A stretch of 64,000 bases of DNA from Octopus vulgaris (GCA_951406725.2 OX597826.1:5828001-5892000), one strand, 5' to 3'. Positions 1 through 12,983 are shown, counted from the first letter of the stretch. Numbers and translations are program-made. The notes: generated by a model not told the origin, from the sequence alone.

Positions 1-526
1 TATATATATATATATCTTTATATATATATATATATCAACAGTGAGAGAGAGCACTATACGCAAATGATGACAGTGATGCACAGAAACTATTAATATATCA
101 TGATATAGCATTTCACTTCACCGGGCTCATTTCCTTCTTCAATATAAATGTTTAATACTCTGAAAATAAATATATACCAATGAGTACAACATACATACGC
201 AATAATACTCACGTATTGATATTAATACAATTATATATTGATTCAAGCATTTGTAGATATACATAGATATGCATGTTCGTGTCAATAAAATGCGTGTAAA
301 TAAAGTATTATTTTATTTTTACAATATTTATGAAATATATATTAGGATACACTTATTGAAATATCTAAATATATATGCATATGCATATACAAACATTTAT
401 CCAGTCATATATGCATCCGTGCTGATATGCTTATATTCATGCATACAAATGTACATACATACAGAAATATGTGTACGAGTTCATACATGCGAACATATGA
501 AGCTTGCTTTCTTCTTCTTTCTCTGT

Positions 527-784
527 GTATATATATATATATATGTTTATATATATATGTATATATATATATATACATATATAATATATATATACGTATA
601 TATATATAAGTATATATATATATCTATATATACATATATATATATATATACATATATATACATATATATGTATGTATGCATATATATATATATAAATATA
701 TATACATATATATGTATATATACATATATAGATACATATATATATAATATATATATGTATGTATATATATATATAAATATATAT

Positions 785-822
<38 letters not shown>

Positions 823-1088
823 TATACATATATATATGTATGTATATATATATATATAAATATATATACATATATATGTATATATACATATATACATACA
901 TATATATATAATATATATATGTATGTATATATATATATATAAATATATATATACATATACATATATATATATATATATATACATATATATACATATATAT
1001 ATGTATGTATGTATATATATATATAAATATATATACATATATATGTATATATACATATCTCCATACATATATATATAATATATATATG

Positions 1089-1124
<36 letters not shown>

Positions 1125-1130
1125 TATATA

Positions 1131-1185
<55 letters not shown>

Positions 1186-1199
1186 AAATATTTATATAG

Positions 1200-1234
<35 letters not shown>

Positions 1235-1376
1235 AATATATATATAGATGCGTATATATAGATATATGTATATATAGATACATACATATATATACATATA
1301 TATATATATATATGTAAATATAGATACATATATATAGATACATATAAAAATATATATATAGATACATATATATCTA

Positions 1377-1438
<62 letters not shown>

Positions 1439-1470
1439 ATATATATATTTATATATAAATGCGTATATAC
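527..1470. repeat. Compound (TA)n-based microsatellite with recurring interruption blocks
   Basis: About 940 bp of TA dinucleotides with recurring tac/tgt/taa interruptions; the block 'atataatatatatatgtatgtatatatatatataaatatatat' recurs several times. Confidence 0.95.
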
Positions 1471-1881
1471 ACACAGAAATACTCCTATATTCACATATTT
1501 ATACGAGTGAATATATCCTGTAAATATCTAATCAACAAAAGCGTGCATGCGTTTCACAGCAATGCAATTATAGAGCTTTGCAAATGATATTTAAATATGT
1601 TATCATTATGAGATTTGTGTAATCACTTGGAAAGTATATTATGTAATAACAGTACTAATTGCTTTATATCGATTTGCTAGTTTCTTGTATATAGTCACAC
1701 AGACGCACATACACACACTTATGTGCGAGCTCGCACGCATTCAATTTAAAGAAACATACACAATGAAAATTTAATATAAACTTGATTATTCGATCCTTTT
1801 CGTTTTTCTTTTCAATTTGTAGAAAAGTCAAGTTCGAAGGAGAAAGGATCTGCGCCTTCGGTTCAGTCGCTATGTTATTTA

Positions 1882-1923
<42 letters not shown>

Positions 1924-2066
1924 GGGGGGGTGAGCGTGTGTGATCCCATATATATGTATGTATGTACATACATGTACATATATCTATATATATATATATA
2001 CACATATATATGTATCGGTATAAGTTGTATACGTATATATTTCTGTATATTTATCTATCTTACTCT

Positions 2067-2139
<73 letters not shown>

Positions 2140-2306
2140 TCGTCTATTTATCAGTTTGTCTGTGTCATTGTCCGTCTGTCTGTCTGTCCCTCTGCAGGCG
2201 GTATTGATTCAACAGATTGATTCACTGAATGTTCTTTTGCTCATAATTGTTTCTGTTGTGTAGCATATACATACGTATATACATATATACATACATACAC
2301 ACACAT

Positions 2307-2342
<36 letters not shown>

Positions 2343-3129
2343 TTGTGTGTGCGTGTGTGTGCGTATGTGTGTATGCCCGGCATTTAAATGTCCATTCAAT
2401 TTTTTTCATATCACCTTTATATCAGTCGTTGGCAAACTGCGGACTGATGGTTGTTTTACACCCGTTTGTACACCTTGATGGCAAGCTGATTTTCGGAAGT
2501 AAAGTATTGCCTATTAAAACGTTGAGTATTTCGTTTCATTCTTAGTTATTTATCAAACCCTCTTCCCACCAAAGTGGATTGAGGAAGTCTATGTCGAAGA
2601 GGAGTAACTATTAATTGACCATCTAACCTCTCTTTGTTGTGTGTACACCTGTGGGAAAAAAGAAAAAAGCAAAGATATTCCCAGTTGTCACTCATCCGTG
2701 TAGTTATCAACACGCTTCAGCTTCAATTTACAACACGACGCATATCCCAAAATACTTAAAATGTTATCTCTACTCGGGACACCACATTACCGAACAGGGA
2801 TTATTGATTTAATGCTAAACGTCTGTAGCTACGACTTATAAAAATGTGTTGCATTAATGTAAGGATTGTAACTATATATCATGTAGAGTAGCTTTGCTTA
2901 TCTTCACTTTGAAAGTAAAGTTTTCTCAATCCTGCGTGAATATGCCTCACGATGCACACGTGTAGATGCATTCGCAGTATTATCGGAATAACTCATTAGA
3001 GACGATGGAAATAGAAAGGGAATCAATAAGTATTTATTTTCAATTTTAATTTTTAATATCAGATCACGTGTCTTCGTCAAAAACAACGAAGATTTCTAAC
3101 AGAATGTGAATTTTCTAGGAAAACTCATT

Positions 3130-3208
3130 TTACTTTTTTACTTTCTTCAATTATTTGACTGCGGCCATGTTGGAGCACCGCCTTTAGTCGAGCAAATCGA
3201 CCCCAGGA
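3130..3208 (-). mobile_element. SINE family B, 3'-terminal fragment
   Basis: 'tttgactgcggccatgttggagcaccgcctttagtcgagcaaatcgaccccaggac' is nearly identical to 46314-46371 and 12620-12675. Confidence 0.9.
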
Positions 3209-3326
3209 CAGAAAGACTTTGTTTTGTCCCCGAAATGCAGGATAATAACTGGGTTTTTTTGCATTGCATTTCTCGTAGTTATTGCTACCTATTTAAATTA
3301 TCTTAATTTAATATTGCTAATTCAAA

Positions 3327-3473
3327 CCTTCTGAGTTTAAATTCCGCCGAGGTCAACATTAACTTTTATCCTTTCGGGGTCGATAAACTAAGTACCAGTT
3401 GCGTACTGGGGTCGCTCTAATCGACTGACACCCTCCTGAAACAGCTTCGGACTTTGTGCCTAGAGTAGAAAAG
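3327..3473 (+). mobile_element. SINE family A, 5'-truncated, with target-site duplication
   Basis: Contains the 'tcctttcggggtcgataaactaagtaccag' core; flanked by aatattgctaattcaaa (3310-3326) and aatatggcgaattcaaa (3474-3490). Confidence 0.9.
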
Positions 3474-5020
3474 AATATGGCGAATTCAAAATCAGTTTCT
3501 TCGAGAGATATTCTTAGATGTCAAAACATTTGAAGCAACACTTCTCCAGATGGAGAATCGATTCAGGACGGCTGATACTCTCCATCCATTTCCTTTCACT
3601 AGCCATTCACAGTTAGTCTGGAAACAATTGTTATGCTGTGGAGTTAAATGAGGTGAGTAAAGAACATTAATGAGTTGAGTAAAGAAATTAACAAATTTAT
3701 GAACATCAATTCTAGAAAAATGGAGTTAAATCTTTTTGGAAATCCATTTAATGCTGACTTTGAAAACACAAGAAAGGAATTAAAACTGGAAATAACTGAA
3801 GTTTGACGTGATAAAATATTTCGGCGAAAAATTCGAAGGGAAATGTTTCTTGCAGATTTATGGAACTTTTGCCGAAGAAACTACTCCAAAATAGCGTGTC
3901 TTGTTCGACGATATGCCACAATGTTTGATAGTATGTATTGATGCGAACAACCGTTTTTAGAAGGAAAATAATGATGTCGAAAACTAGGTCAAGATTGACA
4001 GATATTCATCTCGAAGGCAATTTAAAAGTTCCTACATCGTAAATATCTGTCAAAATTAGACAAGTTCAAAAATTGCAACGCCGTGCTTCTCGCCAAAATG
4101 TGTGAGTAAATTATTTCTATGTACGTCAAAGACACATGAATAATAAATTGTAAATTTCTTCTGTGTTTTGATGAAGAGTGTTTTAGTAAATGTATTTTGC
4201 CAACTTTGTTCTGTACTATTTACATTCATACGCTCTACGAACCTTGTTAGATCCCGTTAAGTTTCTTCTGATTGCTTTCTTTTATATTTAGTTCTTCCTC
4301 CTTTTCTCGTTGCTATAGATTATATCAGTTTCCATAAAACAAATTCATAACAATGCTGTTTCTTGAAATTTTAATCTTTCATTGAAGGTAACGTTTTCAG
4401 CAATTTAAGCCATTGACGAATTTCCCGAAGGAATATCTTACGAGTAAAAGATTTTTTTTCTTAAGAAAGAGGGAGAAAATTCAATATATATAATTTCGTC
4501 TCTGCCGAATAACAATAATATTTCTTATGAAAACAATTTTTTATGCAGAGGGATAATCTGTTTTCACTCGAAACTTCCGTTGAGAGGGTCTACTTGTTGT
4601 CGCCTACCTACTGCAAGAAGCAATCAAATCTACTTCAAATGAGACTCCACAACTTTCAGCAAAGAAGATTTTAAATAATGTCAACAGATACATAACTACA
4701 ACAAAAACAATAATAATAATAATAATAACTCGTCGCAATAATCATTCGTGGAATGAATTTGCTACAGACGCAGACATACATCTTTGATTAAGAAAGTCAC
4801 TTTACAACCACGCTGGTTGAAATTGAATCGTATTGAGCGGCATTGTGGGCAAGTGTATTCTAATATATCGTAGCCAAGGTAACGAATGCTTTGTTAATGA
4901 ACTTGGTCGAACCTGTAAAAAATGAATGGCACCCCACATGTGTGTGTGTCTGTGTGTGTGTAACTATATGTATAAATATTAGCAAATTAGCATTTGTTTT
5001 TATCAGAGTCGGAATGTGCG

Positions 5021-5432
5021 TTGAACAATAAAACTACATTTTTTTTCGAACGCATAATTGTCGTTTCAGCTGCAAAAATACTAGGTAAATTACACTTAGA
5101 AAGTGAGAAAATTGCTCTAAAACCAGGATTCGAACCCATAACCTGCAGAGATTCCGAACGAGTGCTTTAACATTAAGCTAAACTGCCTGCTGACAAATTC
5201 ATCGGCGATTTTAGACACTAAAGAGCTAAGTGTACAACTAAGTGGAAATATGAACAAACTAAAATTCATTTATATGTGTCCATATGTGTATTGAAGGATA
5301 CAAATTAGATAATTGATATTAGAACAGCAGAAAGAGTAAATTATCCTTACAATTTTTTCGCTTTGTGAGGGCAGTATTTCTGTTCTAACGGCAAGTCTGC
5401 GTTCGAAAAAATATCTAATTTGTATCGTGCAA
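5021..5432. mobile_element. Element bounded by ~85-bp imperfect inverted repeats (MITE/foldback-like)
   Basis: 5021-5114 aligns to the reverse complement of 5350-5432, sharing 'ttttttcgaacgca..ttg.cgtt..aaatact..aaag.ga.aaaattg'. Confidence 0.7.
5114..5190 (-). pseudogene. tRNA-derived sequence with pol III A and B boxes; not an intact tRNA
   Basis: Minus strand reads gcaggcagttTAGCTTAATGTTaaagcactcgttcggaatctctgcaggttatgGGTTCGAATCCtgg; the acceptor stem does not close. Confidence 0.65.
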
Positions 5433-5442
5433 TAAATATATA

Positions 5443-5821
5443 CACTACCGTCAGAAATTAATTAGCACCCTTGATTTGCTCTTCACTCAAGGTATGTGCT
5501 GTCACCTAGTGGCCATATCTCGAACTATTGCTTTGTTGCGAGTTCACTGTTGCGCAGAACGATGACGTAACTTTGTTTGCAGAGCAGTTTGAGAGTCTAC
5601 AGCCTTATGATGTTGACATAGCAGTGCAACAACAACTTGGAGTGCGGTGCAGACAAATCTTCCTTTGTTTAATAGATATAGGTAGCGCCTCGCAAGGACC
5701 GAAATCACACCATACTAAGTTTTCTCATCGCGTAAGACGTTTTGAACAGCTCATAGGTTAATTGATTTAACCTATTTAATGTAGAAATTTGAGAAGTGCT
5801 AATTAATTTCTGACGCAAGTG
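5443..5821 (+). mobile_element. Non-autonomous Tc1-like element
   Basis: TIRs cactaccgtcagaaattaattagcac / gtgctaattaatttctgacgcaagtg with TA on both flanks; the interior weakly resembles a Tc1 transposase C-terminus (QFESLQ...HTKF). Confidence 0.85.
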
Positions 5822-6529
5822 TATGCATATATGCGTGTGTACCGTTGTGCGGGTGCTGGAGGTTGTGCCTTCATGTTTGTCAATACTCAAAATTTGACAA
5901 ATGTTGTGGGTTTGTTTACGTTCGGTAAAACGATATCATAAATACCAATCTCAAATAAGTCCCAGGGTGGGTTTCATCGACTAAGTCATTCAAAGCGATG
6001 TCCCAGTATGACTACAACAAGTAAAAAGAGAAATATATGTTTTCCTAAACAAGGTTCATATACAATCTCCCTCTTTCAGACACCTCTGTCAACAGTAACA
6101 ACTCTGATAATCCTCGACTCAACGAAGTTTCATAAAGTAGTCGATGGATCAAATCACACTTGGAACATCAATCGGTTCAGTTGAAAAGCAAAAACTGGTC
6201 ATGGATAAAATGAATGTGATAATATATTTCATATAAGGAAAATTGTCAACAAGAATCTTACAACAATACTTATTGATAATTATTGTAAACAAAGCATTTG
6301 TATGCTAAGCCATGACTTCATCATGTCATATGCCTCTAAGAAGCAGAATTTTAAGATATGTGGAATCTCATGTCTTCCCTAATTAAATTTAGAGCCCAAT
6401 GCGTCAGTGTGGAAGTTCGTATGGGGCCACTGGAATACGAGATATCTCGTTCCACAAGTATCACCCTTTTGGAAAGCTTGAGTAGAGTTTATTCCAAGAT
6501 AGTCTTTCTCGCCACAATGCTAAATATGG

Positions 6530-6735
6530 AGTTCAAATTTTTGACACAATACCAAGAATTTCGGGGGGGGGGAAGTAAGTCGATTATATCGATTCCATTA
6601 CTCCAACTGGTATTTATTTTAGCGATCCCGAAGAGATCGTTGTTAAAGTCGATCTCGGTGGGATTTGAACTCCGAACGTAAAGACGGGCGAAATGTAGCA
6701 TAACTTTTTGCTTAGCATGTTACTCATCTCGCCGT
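6530..6735 (-). mobile_element. SINE family A (older tail type)
   Basis: Reverse-complement match to the family A core ('aagtcgatctcggtgggatttgaactccgaacgtaaagacgg'). Confidence 0.85.
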
Positions 6736-7482
6736 CTTCACACAATGTTATCTAATCATGACTAGAATGAAATTTGGTTATAGATCTGTTCCGTTCTAGT
6801 TTGGTTTGAATATATCCAACGACTAGAACAACAATCAAACAATCACATAACAATTATACGAGTTGCCTACATTTTTGTCTATGTAGCTTGCCATTAGCAG
6901 ATTAAATATTCAAATAAATAGTCAATGTTCTCCTGCAAACATCCAATATGAATATCCATATTTCAACATCTCATTTATAAACTAACACAAGGAAAAAGAG
7001 ATTGCATCAACTTAAAGAATTAATCATCTTTCTTCGCAACAGCACATTGTGAACATGAATAAATAAACAAATAATATATATTCGAATTTTATAAGTGGCA
7101 AGCGGCATCGAGTCAGATGTAATCTTCCATTAAAGTCGATGCAGATTAATCTCAAATTGAATCTATTTCACTTCAGTTACACATGCAATATTTCTCAGAA
7201 ATGCAATGGGCATCAATTGTCTCTCATCTTTCATAGCTAAGAGAAAGTGACTTAATACCAGGCAATTAGACACTAATATTTCTCAGATTATATTTTTTCC
7301 GTTGAGTAATGTTAAACGGGGAAATTTCAGCTAATATTAAAGCTGTACAATCACTTGACATGCCAAAAAATAACGGTTTAGAGCGCCCTGATACATTGTA
7401 TGTTACGCTTGATAAAATAAGAAAAAATACGCTGGGATTCGACTGACAAGTGGCAAAACACAAAACATCGATGGTCATATAC

Positions 7483-7680
7483 CGGTTTCACATTTTGGTA
7501 CAAGACCAGCAGTTTTGAGGAAGGGAGTAAGGCGATTACATCCCAATGTTTAAGTAGTATTTATTTTGTCTACATCGAAAGGATGAAAAGCAAAGTCGAC
7601 CTCGCCGGAATTTTAAAACAGAACGTAAATACCAGACAAAATGCTGCAAAACATTTTGTCCGGTGTACCAGCTAGCTGCC
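7483..7680 (-). mobile_element. SINE family A (older tail type)
   Basis: 'cgaaaggatgaaaagcaaagtcgacctcgccggaattt'. Confidence 0.85.
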
Positions 7681-8221
7681 TTGCAATGCCCATATATTAA
7701 ACCTACTATAGTTAATATAGATGCGAACGATTGACAAGTTAGAAGTAACAGTATAGTCTTCCATTTCGCATCCTGTCATCTTTTTTTTCTTTTTCAAATA
7801 AAGCAATAAAAACCATATCCGATCAGGGCTACCGTATTGCAAAACAAATATAACTTTGCTCATATTATATAGATAATATATCTAATACAGATGAAATATT
7901 TAATCGCAACATACTAGTGGTAATTAAATCAGCTACATCCCTCTGGCGTAATTTTGTACATTTATGCTAATATAAAGCATTATCATATAGTTCCTATTCA
8001 GTACAGTTATAGCTAGTAAATGCCTTCAGGTATTGAGAGGTTGACACATTATTCTCTCGCAGTTTTCTCTAACGATTAAGTGTGGAAGACGGCTTGCTTC
8101 ATACTAAGCACAACAATTCATTCATTAAATATAGTACATTGTTCCCAGGACTCGGTTAGTTTATTTGCATTTTTGGAAATTTTAACATATTTAATGTACT
8201 GAGCATCAAATCTACATACTG

Positions 8222-8410
8222 GATTTAAATTTTGGCACAAGGCCATTAATTTCAGAGAAGGGGCAAGTCGGTTGCATTGAACCCCACCCCCACCTCAGTT
8301 TTCCACTGCCACTTATTTATCGATCGGGGTAGGATGAAAGGTACAGTCGATTTCGGCAGAAGTTCATCTCACAACGCATTTTATCCGGCGTGGTAACAAT
8401 TCAGCCAACT
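8222..8410 (-). mobile_element. SINE family A (older tail type)
   Basis: 'aaattttggcacaaggcca...aggatgaaaggtacagtcgatttcggcagaa'. Confidence 0.8.
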
Positions 8411-8468
8411 CACTGATTTAAATTAAATCGACATATTAACCAATAATTAATAGGATTTCAGTTAATAG

Positions 8469-8892
8469 GGCAGCGAGCTGGCAGAATCGTTAGCACGTCG
8501 GTCAAAATAGTTGGCGGCATTTCGATCGTCTTCACGTTGAGTTCAAACTCTGCCGAGGTCGATTTAGCATTTCTCCCATTCGGGGTCTATACAATAACTA
8601 CGATTTGAACGATTGGGTAATCGACTTACCCCTTGATCAAAATTGCTGGCCTTGTGCCAAGATTTGAAACCATTATTATTTGAGTTAATAAGGCACCAAG
8701 CTGCTAGAATCGATAGCACGACGGGCAAAATACTTTCTGTCTTTATGTTCTGAGTTCATATCCTGCATTGGTTGACTTTGACTTTTATAATTTTGGGCCG
8801 ATGAAATACGTACTGGTTGAGGAGTAGGTTGGATGCTATCGACTTACCCCCGCCCTCCGAATTTGTTGACTTTGCGCCAAAATTTGAAACCT
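8469..8892 (+). mobile_element. Two tandem SINE family A monomers (8469-8672 and 8690-8892)
   Basis: Each runs from a 'gagctggcagaatcgttagcacg'-like head to a 'gccaaaatttgaaacc'-like tail. Confidence 0.85.
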
Positions 8893-9032
8893 AAATTATT
8901 TCAGCTAACGCCCCTGTTATATATTTCGATGATGTTAGACCCGATATGACAAGGTATGCTATAGTGTTCTTGTTGCTGTTGTGGTAGTTGATGATGAAGA
9001 TGATGATAGAGGGCCAATATTTCCAAATAGAG

Positions 9033-9646
9033 GGTGGAGAGCTGGCAGAAACGTTAGCACGTCGGGCGAAATGCGCAGCCGTATTTCGTCTGACGTTACG
9101 TTCTGAGTTCAAATTCCACCGAGGTCGACTTTGACTTTCATCCTTTCAGGGTCGATAAATTAAGTACCTGTTACGCACTGGGGTCGTTGTAATCGACTTA
9201 ATCCGTTTGTCTTTCCTTGTTTGTCCCCTCTGTGTTTATCCCCTTGTGGGTATTAAAGAAACAGATATTTCGTCTGCCACTACGTTCTGGATTCAAATTA
9301 CGCCAAGGTCGACTTTGTCTTTCATCATTTCGGGGTCGATAAATTAAGTACCAGTTACGCACTGGGGTCGATGTAATTGATTTAATCCATTTGTCTGTCC
9401 TTGTTTGTCCCTTCTATGTTTAGCCCCTTGTGGGCAGTAAAGAAACAAGAAACGTTTGCCCGCAGGGTGAAATGCTTAGCGTTATTTCGTCTGTCTTTAT
9501 GTTCTGAGTTCAAATTTCACCGAGGTTGACTGTGCCCTTCATTCTTTTGGGCTCGATAAATTAAGCACCAGCTGAGTACTGGGGATCGATCTAATCGACT
9601 TTCCCCATCCCGCAAAATTTTGGGCCTTGTGGCTTGAGAAGAAAAG
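9033..9646 (+). mobile_element. SINE family A trimer (tRNA-derived head, Nin/Deu-like central domain)
   Basis: A-box-like 'gagctggcagaaacgttagc', B-box 'gagttcaaattcc', three ~190-bp units containing 'ctttcatcctttcggggtcgataaattaagtaccag'; TSD aatatttcca(a/t)ata at 9016-9029 and 9647-9660. Confidence 0.92.
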
Positions 9647-10149
9647 AATATTTCCATATAAAGCTCTAATTTTTTTATCTTAGTCTTTTAATTTTCCTCC
9701 ACAGCATACTGCCACAATCATAAATCTTAGTTTTCCTGTAGATGGCGTGACCGAGTAATTTAGAATAGTTCATTTTCAAAGTTAAATTAAATTTTCTAAG
9801 AGAAACATTTTGCACTGTGGTACAGTTAATTCCCAGTTTTTCTAAGAATACCTCAGCAAGTATGGTTTCATTCTTACAAAACTGGTCTAGAATTATCTGC
9901 TCTACCTGATGCAAAAATATCAGTCGTTAATTAGTATATCCTTTTTAACTTCGATGCAGCATTATTATGATTACTTTTTTCTGTACTTCTTTAAAGATGA
10001 TAGCATCACTTTTATGTTCTAAGGTATTTGGCAAAGCATTTAAACTAATTAATTGAAAGCTGTGAAAATATACAAAAACTGCTTAAAGTACAAAAACGTA
10101 TTTTGGATTTAAAAGATACTACTGTTTTCAATATTTCCTACCTACAAAA

Positions 10150-10560
10150 GGCGGCGAGCTGGCAGAGACGTTAGCGCGCCGGCCGAAATGCTTTGCGGTA
10201 TTTCGGCTGCCGCTACTTTCTGAGTTTAAATTCCACCGAGGTCGACTTTGCCTTTCATCCTTTCGGGGTCGATAAATTAAGGACCAGTTACGCACTGGGG
10301 TCGATATAATCGACTTAATCCGTTTGTCTGTCCTTGTTTGTCCCTTCTGTGTTTAGCCCCTTGTGGGGAGTAGAAAATAGGTATTTCGTCTGCTGTTACG
10401 TTCCGAGTTCAAATTCCGCCGAGGTCGACTTTGCCTTTCATCCTTTCGGGGTCGATTAACTAAGTACGAGTTACGTACTGGGGTCGATATAATCGACTTA
10501 ATCCGTTTGTCTGTCCTTGTTTATCCTCTCTGTGTCTAGCCCATTGTAGGTAGTAAAGAA
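10150..10560 (+). mobile_element. SINE family A dimer
   Basis: Full head 'ggcggcgagctggcagagacgttagc' followed by two units. Confidence 0.92.
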
Positions 10561-11764
10561 CTATGCATCTAGTGTGGAATCATATCGTATTATATTCTGG
10601 TATAAGATCTAATATTAATGAACATGTTCTTCTATGTTTACAACAATTAGGTAAGATTATAAGGGGATACGTTTACTATATAAATTGTCTATCGATATGA
10701 AATAGATTCTCTTTCATCCAGTTGTCTTAAACCAGGGTCTAATAACCAGGCATCTCATCTCATTAGTAATTCATTAATATTGTTTTTCTTCATGGTCTTA
10801 TTATTTCTTCATTCTGAACGAACGCCAAATTAAATGATATCAAGCTCTCAGGCTAATAGAGGGCATTCGTAAATCATTTTGGCTGGCAAATTCACCAGAT
10901 TTTTCTGGACAATCAGGAAATCGCAGTATAATAGCTATGTCTAAAAGGCAACTGCTTTGTAAATCCAGAAAATTAATGTTAAAGGATATATATGACCTAT
11001 AATTCTGCCATATATTTCATAGTGGTGACATTCATCAAATCATAAAACATTTACTAAGTATTATAAATTCGAATTAGGATGCTAGCTGCAAATCCATTCA
11101 GATTCACATTTTAGTATTTTCCACACTATGCATCGTTCATACAACCACTAAATAACGCCCTATAGGTATACTTACTAGAACCGTCATTACTTAATACGAA
11201 TGACTCTATATTAAATTGTTTAACAGAGTGATAACGAATTTATTTAACCAAGCATAATGTAAGCTAATTAGGTTGCAACCTAATTACGCACACATTCGCG
11301 TATGCACGCTCAGGCATACACACATGCACACATGTATAAATTCATATACATAAATGAACTAAAGCACAAATATACACACGTAAGCATATATATGTGCGTG
11401 TATAAACACGCACCCACATATATATATATATGCATGTATAAATGTGTATATGTGTGCATATATGTATATATGCTCGCGTATGGATTGATAAACCTTATAG
11501 ATGCATGCATATGTACGTATTTTAATTTACGCATGTTCCATCGTGTGTCCTTTCGGTGAACTCGCTGAGACGAAATTTCTTGCAACTAATTTTTTCTAGG
11601 TCATGCCGTTAATGAAATTCTAAGTTGGCAGATTGCAAAGCACTGCTAAATTGTAATTGAAAAGAATGAAAAAGTGCTAAGACTTCGCATTCTATTTCTT
11701 TCAACGTATTTTTTCACTCAGTAAACCCATTTCCCATTCATCTCACTTTAAGTTCTTTTGTATC

Positions 11765-11922
<158 letters not shown>

Positions 11923-12114
11923 GTATATATATATATGTATATATTTGGGTATACAAAATGAAGAGAACACTGAAAAGAGACAGAGGAACACAAAGATATA
12001 TAATGAATGCAGATGTATACACGCACCAGCATTTCTTTAGAGTTTTTATCTGTATATCTGTCTGTCTACAGAGTATATATACGCTCATATATACATACAT
12101 ATCTTTTATATTTT

Positions 12115-12530
12115 ATCTTTCATCTCATACCAATTCCAGTTATTAGACTGTAGCCATGCTGGGACATCGCCTTAAATAATTTTAGTGGAATGTACTGTCA
12201 TTTCTAATGCCTTGTACTTATTCAATTGCCGAACACTTAGGGTACAGAGGATACAAATGCATCAGTACCCGTTGTCAAGCGGTGGAGTGGGACAAACACG
12301 GACACAAAGATACACACACACACAGGCACAAACACACGCGTGCTCACACACTCATATATGTATACATACATATATGCGACGAGCTTCTTACAGTTACCAT
12401 TTACTGTGTCCACTCACAAAGATTTGGTCGGCTTGAGGGCATCATACAAGACACTTAAAGGTGTCATCCCAGTAGAACTGAACGTGGAACCATGTGATTC
12501 GGAAGCAAGGTTCTTACGAGATACCTACGT
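12115..12530 (-). mobile_element. SINE family B, diverged
   Basis: Colinear with the adjacent copy at 12595-12985. Confidence 0.75.
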
Positions 12531-12594
12531 ATATATCTATATATGCATACATGTATACACACACACAGATATATATATATATCTCTTTTGCTCT

Positions 12595-12789
12595 TTTGCT
12601 CTTTTACTTATTTCTGTCATTTGACTGCGGGCACGCTGGAGCACCGTCTCTAGTCGAGCAAATCGACACCAGGACTTATTCTTTTTAAGCCTAGTACTTA
12701 TTCTATGGGTCTGTTTTGCTGTACCGGGAGCGTAAACACACCAGCATCGGTTGTCAAGCGATGTTGGGAGGACAAACACAGACACACAA

Positions 12790-12841
<52 letters not shown>

Positions 12842-12983
12842 GTATATATATACGTCTACCAAATCCACTCACAAGGCTTTGGTCAGCCCGAGACTATAGC
12901 AGAAAACACTTGCCCAAGGTACCACGCAGTGGGCCTGAACCATGTGTGATAAGAAAGCTACTTACCACACAACCACTCCTCCG

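Larger units (their letters stand above)
2423..4208 (+). mobile_element. Decayed hAT DNA transposon (Charlie/SPIN/GTF2IRD2-like transposase pseudogene), interrupted by two SINE fragments
   Basis: Broken + strand translation gives NIRSR..FLTECE (~3055-3110), PEMQDNNWVF/CIAFLVVIATYLNYLNL (~3230-3310), QNQFLREIFLDVKTFE (~3487), NPFNADFE..ELKLEITE (~3740) and YSKIACLVRRYATMFDSMY*CEQ..MSKTRSRLTDIHLE (~3880-4015), resembling the core and hATC dimerisation region. 'cagtcgttggcaaactgcgg' at 2423 resembles a Charlie TIR; only a weak right-end match near 4195-4208. Confidence 0.75.
4770..6030 (+). mobile_element. Old SINE family B copy split by two nested DNA elements
   Basis: Decayed B head at 4770-4935 ('tgggcaagtgtattct'), internal (TG)n, and B tail at 5860-6030 ('aataagtcccagggt...aacaagtaaaaagag'). 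Confidence 0.65.

Noticed and set aside
269-1494. Long ORFs of YI/IY repeats (also near 11.7, 14.6, 18, 21, 35, 48 and 61 kb)
   Set aside because: Translations of (TA)n/(TG)n microsatellites that happen to lack stop codons.
1823-1860. Possible 38-nt exon (KSSSKEKGSAPS)
   Set aside because: Good acceptor but a poor donor (GTTCAG) and no supporting context.
9033-10560. Regularly spaced repeats as a possible CRISPR array
   Set aside because: Units are ~190-bp SINE modules with no unique spacers; eukaryotic context and no cas genes.
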